64,000 nt of DNA from an uncultured Verrucomicrobiae bacterium (GTDB lineage: Bacteria; Verrucomicrobiota; Verrucomicrobiia; Limisphaerales; UBA11358): NCBI GenBank assembly GCA_963714695.1, contig CAVQPQ010000008.1:180656-244655 (forward strand), in the 5' to 3' direction. Made by a program: the position numbers and the translations under genes. This document shows positions 59,813 to 64,000 of the stretch, piece after piece (positions within the stretch are counted from its first letter, which is position 1; every line of letters starts with the position of its first letter). The notes beneath the pieces are model-generated. The model ran no database searches and was not told the DNA's origin. It saw only the letters and a list, made by a program, of their open reading frames with translations.

Positions 59813-61933
59813 ATGAAACCGCCGCCCTTTCTACTTTTGGCCGCGCTGCTTTTCTGGGGCTGGCAATCGGGGCTGCTGCTTTACGGCGCCATCATGGGCC
59901 TGGTGCTGGAAAGCTCGCGGTTCATCAAGGCGCGCTGGGATTTGACCGGGGAGGATTTTCGCCGCCTCTGGAATTTTAGCACGCTGCTGGCGCTGACGCT
60001 GGTGGTCTATGTTTTCACCACGAACGAGGAGGGCGGCGGATTGAACAGCCTGCTTCATGTTTCAGCCGTCGTGGCCGCGCGCAACGCCGGCGTTTCCGCC
60101 ACCACGTTTTTGCGCTGGCTGCCGATGACGATGTTCCTGTTTGTCGCGGCGCAGAGGTTTAGCGAACGCGGATCCGTTCCGTTGTCGGCGATTTCATTGT
60201 TAATGCGCCTGCGCCGGAAAGGGGGCTCCGAAGCGGAACGAAATGTGGACGTCTCGTATGCGTATTTCATCGTGTGTTTGTTTTCCGCTGGCATCCACAC
60301 CAATGCCGGGACCCACTCTTATTTTTGGGGACAAGCGGTTCTGATCGCATGGGCGTTGTGGCCGCTGCGTTCGCGGCGCTTCGGCCTCATCGTCTGGGTT
60401 GGCGCGCTGGCGGCGGCGATCGGGCTGGGCTTTTCCGGCCAGCACGGCATCGGCGAGTTGCAGCGGGCGCTCGAAGGTTACAACGCGCAGTGGATGATGA
60501 ATTTGATGCGGCAGCGGACAGACGCCTCCCAAGCCATGACGGCCATCGGCCGGATCGGAAAATTAAAATTGTCCGCGCGGATCGTCATCCGGCTCGAACC
60601 CAAAGGCGGCAGCACGCCGCCGGTTTACCTGCGCGAGGCCAGTTACCGCGGTTACCATCCGCAGAGACGAACGTGGCAGATGGGCGGCTCGCAGAACAAT
60701 TTCGCCAACCTGGTGCACGATGCGGGCGATGGCTCTTCCTGGACGCTGCTGCCCGGCAAAACCAACACATCGGTCGTCAATATCGCGTCTTACCTTGAAG
60801 GCCGCTCGCAGGATACGGGCGACCCGGAAGGACTGCTTCCACTGCCAACCGGCAGCAGCCGTCTGGAAAATCTTCCGGTGTTCCCGCTGAAAATGAACAA
60901 AACCGGCGCGGTCCTGGCCGATGGTCTGGGTCTGGTGATTTTCGATGCGCACTACGGACCCGGCGCGACGTTTGATTCGCCGCCGGATGCCGGCACGAAC
61001 CATCTGGATTTGACCGTGCCAGCCGACGAAGTTCCGGCGCTGGACCAAATCATTTCTGAAATGAAAATATCCGGCGCGACTGAAGAACGGAAGCGTGTCG
61101 CCGTCCAGCAATTTTTCGCGGCCAATTTCATTTACAGCACCTGGCTGGGACCGGACAAGGTGGCGCGCACCAACGAGACGGCGCTGTCACGTTTTCTTTT
61201 GCACAGCCGCAGCGGCCATTGCGAATACTTTGCCACGGCGACGGTATTGCTGCTCCGCGAACTCGGAATTCCCGCGCGTTACGCCGTGGGTTATGCCGTT
61301 CACGAACCCGCCGGTCACGGCTACGTCGTGCGCGAACATGACGCCCATGCGTGGTGTCTCGTTTGGAATGAGGCGAAGCAAATGTGGGAGGACTTCGACA
61401 CCACGCCGGCATCCTGGGTCGCGAAGGACACCAAAAGCGCATCGGCCTTGCAGTGGTTTTCGGATTTCTGGTCGTGGGTCAGATTTCAAATCGCGAAATT
61501 CCGCTGGGGACAGGCCAATTTGCGTCAATATATCCTCTGGGCGCTGATCCCCGTGCTGGCGTTGCTGCTGTATCAAATCATCTTCCGGCACGGACGCAGA
61601 CGCCGGCCACAAGCCAAAACCGGAAAATCCGCCAGCGCGATTTTCTGGCCGGGGCTGGACTCCGAATTCTACCTGCTTGAACGCAAACTGGCCGCGCGCG
61701 GCGTGCCGCGCCAGCCCAGCGAACCGCTTTCCGGCTGGCTGGCGCGCGCGCTGGCCAACCCGGGCCTGGCCGATTTGCGGCAGCCGTTGCAGGAATTGTT
61801 GCGGCTGCATTACTGCCATCGTTTTGACCCGCGCGGCTTAAGCGGCGAGGAGCGGGAGACGCTGACCCGGGAAGCAAAAATCTGTCTGGACATGCTGTCA
61901 CGGGTGGAGCAACACTCCGCAAGCCCGGCTTGA
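59813..61933 (+). CDS. transglutaminase-domain membrane protein (TgpA-like)
   Basis: N-terminal polytopic domain. Transglutaminase core RSGHCEYFATATVLLLRELGIPARYAVGY...HAWCLVW...WEDFDTTP (Cys-His-Asp). Then a TM segment and a C-terminal DUF4129-like tail. Confidence 0.85.
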   Translation: MKPPPFLLLAALLFWGWQSGLLLYGAIMGLVLESSRFIKARWDLTGEDFRRLWNFSTLLALTLVVYVFTTNEEGGGLNSLLHVSAVVAARNAGVSATTFLRWLPMTMFLFVAAQRFSERGSVPLSAISLLMRLRRKGGSEAERNVDVSYAYFIVCLFSAGIHTNAGTHSYFWGQAVLIAWALWPLRSRRFGLIVWVGALAAAIGLGFSGQHGIGELQRALEGYNAQWMMNLMRQRTDASQAMTAIGRIGKLKLSARIVIRLEPKGGSTPPVYLREASYRGYHPQRRTWQMGGSQNNFANLVHDAGDGSSWTLLPGKTNTSVVNIASYLEGRSQDTGDPEGLLPLPTGSSRLENLPVFPLKMNKTGAVLADGLGLVIFDAHYGPGATFDSPPDAGTNHLDLTVPADEVPALDQIISEMKISGATEERKRVAVQQFFAANFIYSTWLGPDKVARTNETALSRFLLHSRSGHCEYFATATVLLLRELGIPARYAVGYAVHEPAGHGYVVREHDAHAWCLVWNEAKQMWEDFDTTPASWVAKDTKSASALQWFSDFWSWVRFQIAKFRWGQANLRQYILWALIPVLALLLYQIIFRHGRRRRPQAKTGKSASAIFWPGLDSEFYLLERKLAARGVPRQPSEPLSGWLARALANPGLADLRQPLQELLRLHYCHRFDPRGLSGEERETLTREAKICLDMLSRVEQHSASPA

Positions 61934-62044
61934 GATGGGAATTTTGAATATGTTGTCTGCTGTGAAAGGGTTGCTGTTGCGCATTGATGAAGGTCACACA
62001 ATGTTAGCTTGTCTTCAGGACGGATATCAGTGTCAAATCAACTC

Positions 62045-64000
62045 GTGAAACACTCCAGTCGAAGCGCCTTTGCTTGCGCTCTCTTCGCGATTTTCCTGGG
62101 CGGGACGACACTCCCGGCTCCGGCGTCCGACGACGCCTTCACGTGGCCGGTGATTACTTCCCAAACTCGTCCGTGGGCGTATTGGTGGTGGATGGGCAGC
62201 GCGGTGGACAAGACCAACATCACCAAGGAACTCACGCGCTATCACAACGCGGGACTGGGCGGTGTTCACATCATCCCAATTTACGGCGCGAAACTTTTTG
62301 AAACGAATTACATCTCCTATCTTTCGCCGGAATGGATGGCGATGATGAGCTGGTCGGTCGCCGAGGCGAACCGGCTCGGCATGGGGGTGGACATGACCAC
62401 GGGCACCGGCTGGTGCTTCGGCGGGCGGGAGGTTTCCGATCGCGATGCCAACGCCAGCGTCGTCGTGAAAACGTACGATCTTGGCGTTGGTGAAAAACTG
62501 GAGGAAAAATTCACCCGCGAATCTATCCAAGCACTCGTCGCCTTCGGACCGGAGGGGAAATCCATTGACCTGACCGGTTCCATTTCCACCAATGGCGTGG
62601 TGTCTTTTTCGCCGTCCAACGGCACCTGGCGCGTCTATGCCATCTCGCAAAAGCCGTCGGGCCAGAAGGTCAAACGCGCCGCGCCGGGCGGTGAAGGCTG
62701 GATGCTCAACCCGTTTTTTCTGCCGGCGATGAGCAATTATCTCTGCGGCTTCTCCGCCGCGTTCGACCATTACGACGGCCCCAAGCCGCGCGCCCAATAT
62801 CAAGATTCCTACGAATACAAATCCGACTGGTCGCCGGATTTTTTTGCGCAGTTTGAAAAACGGCGCGGCTACAAATTGCAGGCCGAACTGCCCGCGCTCT
62901 TCGGCACGAATCTGGACGACCACGCCGCCCGCGTGAAATCCGATTATCGTGAAACCGTTTCCGACATCATGGTGGAGGAGACCGAACCGCTCTGGGTTAG
63001 GTGGTCGCATGAGCACGGTTTCATCACCCGTTACGAGGCGCACGGTTCGCCCGGCAACCTCCTGGACCTCTACGCCGTCGCCGACGTTCCCGAGACGGAA
63101 TTCTTCGCCGCAAAACGCAATCCGCTGGTTTCCAAATTCGCGTCATCCGCCACGCATGTGAAGGGCGGCAACCTCGTTGCCTCCGAAACCGGCACCTGGC
63201 TCGCGGAACATTTCACCGAGACTCTGGCAGAAATGAAATGGACGGTGGATGACATGTTTCTCTCCGGCGTGAACCATGTTTTTTATCACGGCACCTGCTA
63301 TTCACCCGACGAAGCGGGCTGGCCGGGCTGGCTGTTTTACGCCTCCACGCAGATGAACCCGCGCAACTCCATCTGGCGCGACGCACCCGCGCTCAACGAC
63401 TACGTCACGCGCTGCCAGTCTGTTTTGCAGTCGGGCAAATCGGACAACGACGTGCTGTTGTACTGGCCAATTTACGATTTTTGGAACGACCCGGCGGGAC
63501 GCCTTGCCCAGCTCCAGGTCGAGACGCAACAAACCTGGTTTGAAAACCAGCCCATCGGGAAAACCGCGCATGAGTTGTGGGACCACGGCTACGCCTTCGA
63601 CTACGTGTCCGACCGGCAACTGCTAACAGCCAAGGTTGTGGATGGAAAAATTCAAATGCCCGGCGGGAATTACAAAGTGATCGTTGTGCCGGAATGCAAA
63701 TTAATGCCGCTGGAGACTTTCAAACAGTTGCTCGTGTTGGTTGAAAGCGGTGCAAAAGTGGTTATGAAAAATCCGCCTCAGGACGTTACAGGCTGGAGTG
63801 ATTTGGAAAAGCATCGTGAAGAATTCAAAGAACTCTCGGCAAACGCAAACCAACGTTGGCAATTTTCAGATCATTTTGCCTTAATATCAACTCTTGGCAA
63901 AGGCGAGATAATCGGCGGTCCCGGAGGAGGTCTATGGGATGCAGGTGTCGAGCCGGAAGAAATGACACGTTATGGGCTTTCTTTTGTGCGCCGGTCATTC
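62045..64000 (+). CDS. secreted glycoside-hydrolase-like protein, 3-prime end beyond the window (family uncertain, GH106-like from memory)
   Basis: Not in the ORF track because it has no stop. Hand translation from the GTG at 62045 is open to the window end (652 codons). Signal peptide VKHSSRSAFACALFAIFLGG. RPWAYWWWMGSAVDKTNITKELTRYHNAGLGGVHI is typical of a large family annotated as glycosyl hydrolases. Antisense ORF 62033..63043 is a shadow. Confidence 0.55.
   Translation, partial: MKHSSRSAFACALFAIFLGGTTLPAPASDDAFTWPVITSQTRPWAYWWWMGSAVDKTNITKELTRYHNAGLGGVHIIPIYGAKLFETNYISYLSPEWMAMMSWSVAEANRLGMGVDMTTGTGWCFGGREVSDRDANASVVVKTYDLGVGEKLEEKFTRESIQALVAFGPEGKSIDLTGSISTNGVVSFSPSNGTWRVYAISQKPSGQKVKRAAPGGEGWMLNPFFLPAMSNYLCGFSAAFDHYDGPKPRAQYQDSYEYKSDWSPDFFAQFEKRRGYKLQAELPALFGTNLDDHAARVKSDYRETVSDIMVEETEPLWVRWSHEHGFITRYEAHGSPGNLLDLYAVADVPETEFFAAKRNPLVSKFASSATHVKGGNLVASETGTWLAEHFTETLAEMKWTVDDMFLSGVNHVFYHGTCYSPDEAGWPGWLFYASTQMNPRNSIWRDAPALNDYVTRCQSVLQSGKSDNDVLLYWPIYDFWNDPAGRLAQLQVETQQTWFENQPIGKTAHELWDHGYAFDYVSDRQLLTAKVVDGKIQMPGGNYKVIVVPECKLMPLETFKQLLVLVESGAKVVMKNPPQDVTGWSDLEKHREEFKELSANANQRWQFSDHFALISTLGKGEIIGGPGGGLWDAGVEPEEMTRYGLSFVRRSF

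Overview
High-GC bacterial chromosomal segment with about 50 genes. The protein families point to a PVC-superphylum organism, probably Verrucomicrobiota-like. This is an inference from the GxxExxY paralog, the pseudopilin-like LLPALxxAKxKAQ modules and several GT-C/TPR membrane proteins.

Housekeeping genes (tig, bioD, hisC, hisD, pyrF, thrS, lysS, korAB, a YebC-family regulator) are interleaved with accessory content:
- three glycoside hydrolases: GH5, GH3 with a PA14 insert, and one running off the right edge;
- three VapBC-type toxin-antitoxin cassettes;
- an IS1-family transposase beside an AT-rich phage-like islet (P63C-like protein plus orphans);
- a large envelope locus. An ECF sigma/anti-sigma pair sits divergent from a ~7-kb internally duplicated giant ORF that is interrupted by a frameshift. 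MoxR ATPase, DUF58 and a TgpA-like transglutaminase follow it.

I found no rRNA, tRNA or CRISPR array.

The most unusual signals are not genes:
1. A ~100-bp repeat occurs five times in one orientation and delimits cassette-like units in the first 10 kb.
2. Families of 7-, 10- and 11-nt tandem repeats are often arranged as inverted arms (hairpins). They fill 5-prime leaders and are also inserted in-frame inside coding regions (hisC, the giant ORF).
3. A VapBC cassette sits between hisC and a degenerate second copy of the hisC 5-prime end.
4. AT-richer in-frame inserts of 80-90 codons lie in the catalytic cores of both thrS and lysS.
5. Single extra-G frameshifts occur in thrS and the giant ORF.

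Small-motif coordinates were derived by hand and may be off by 1-2 nt.
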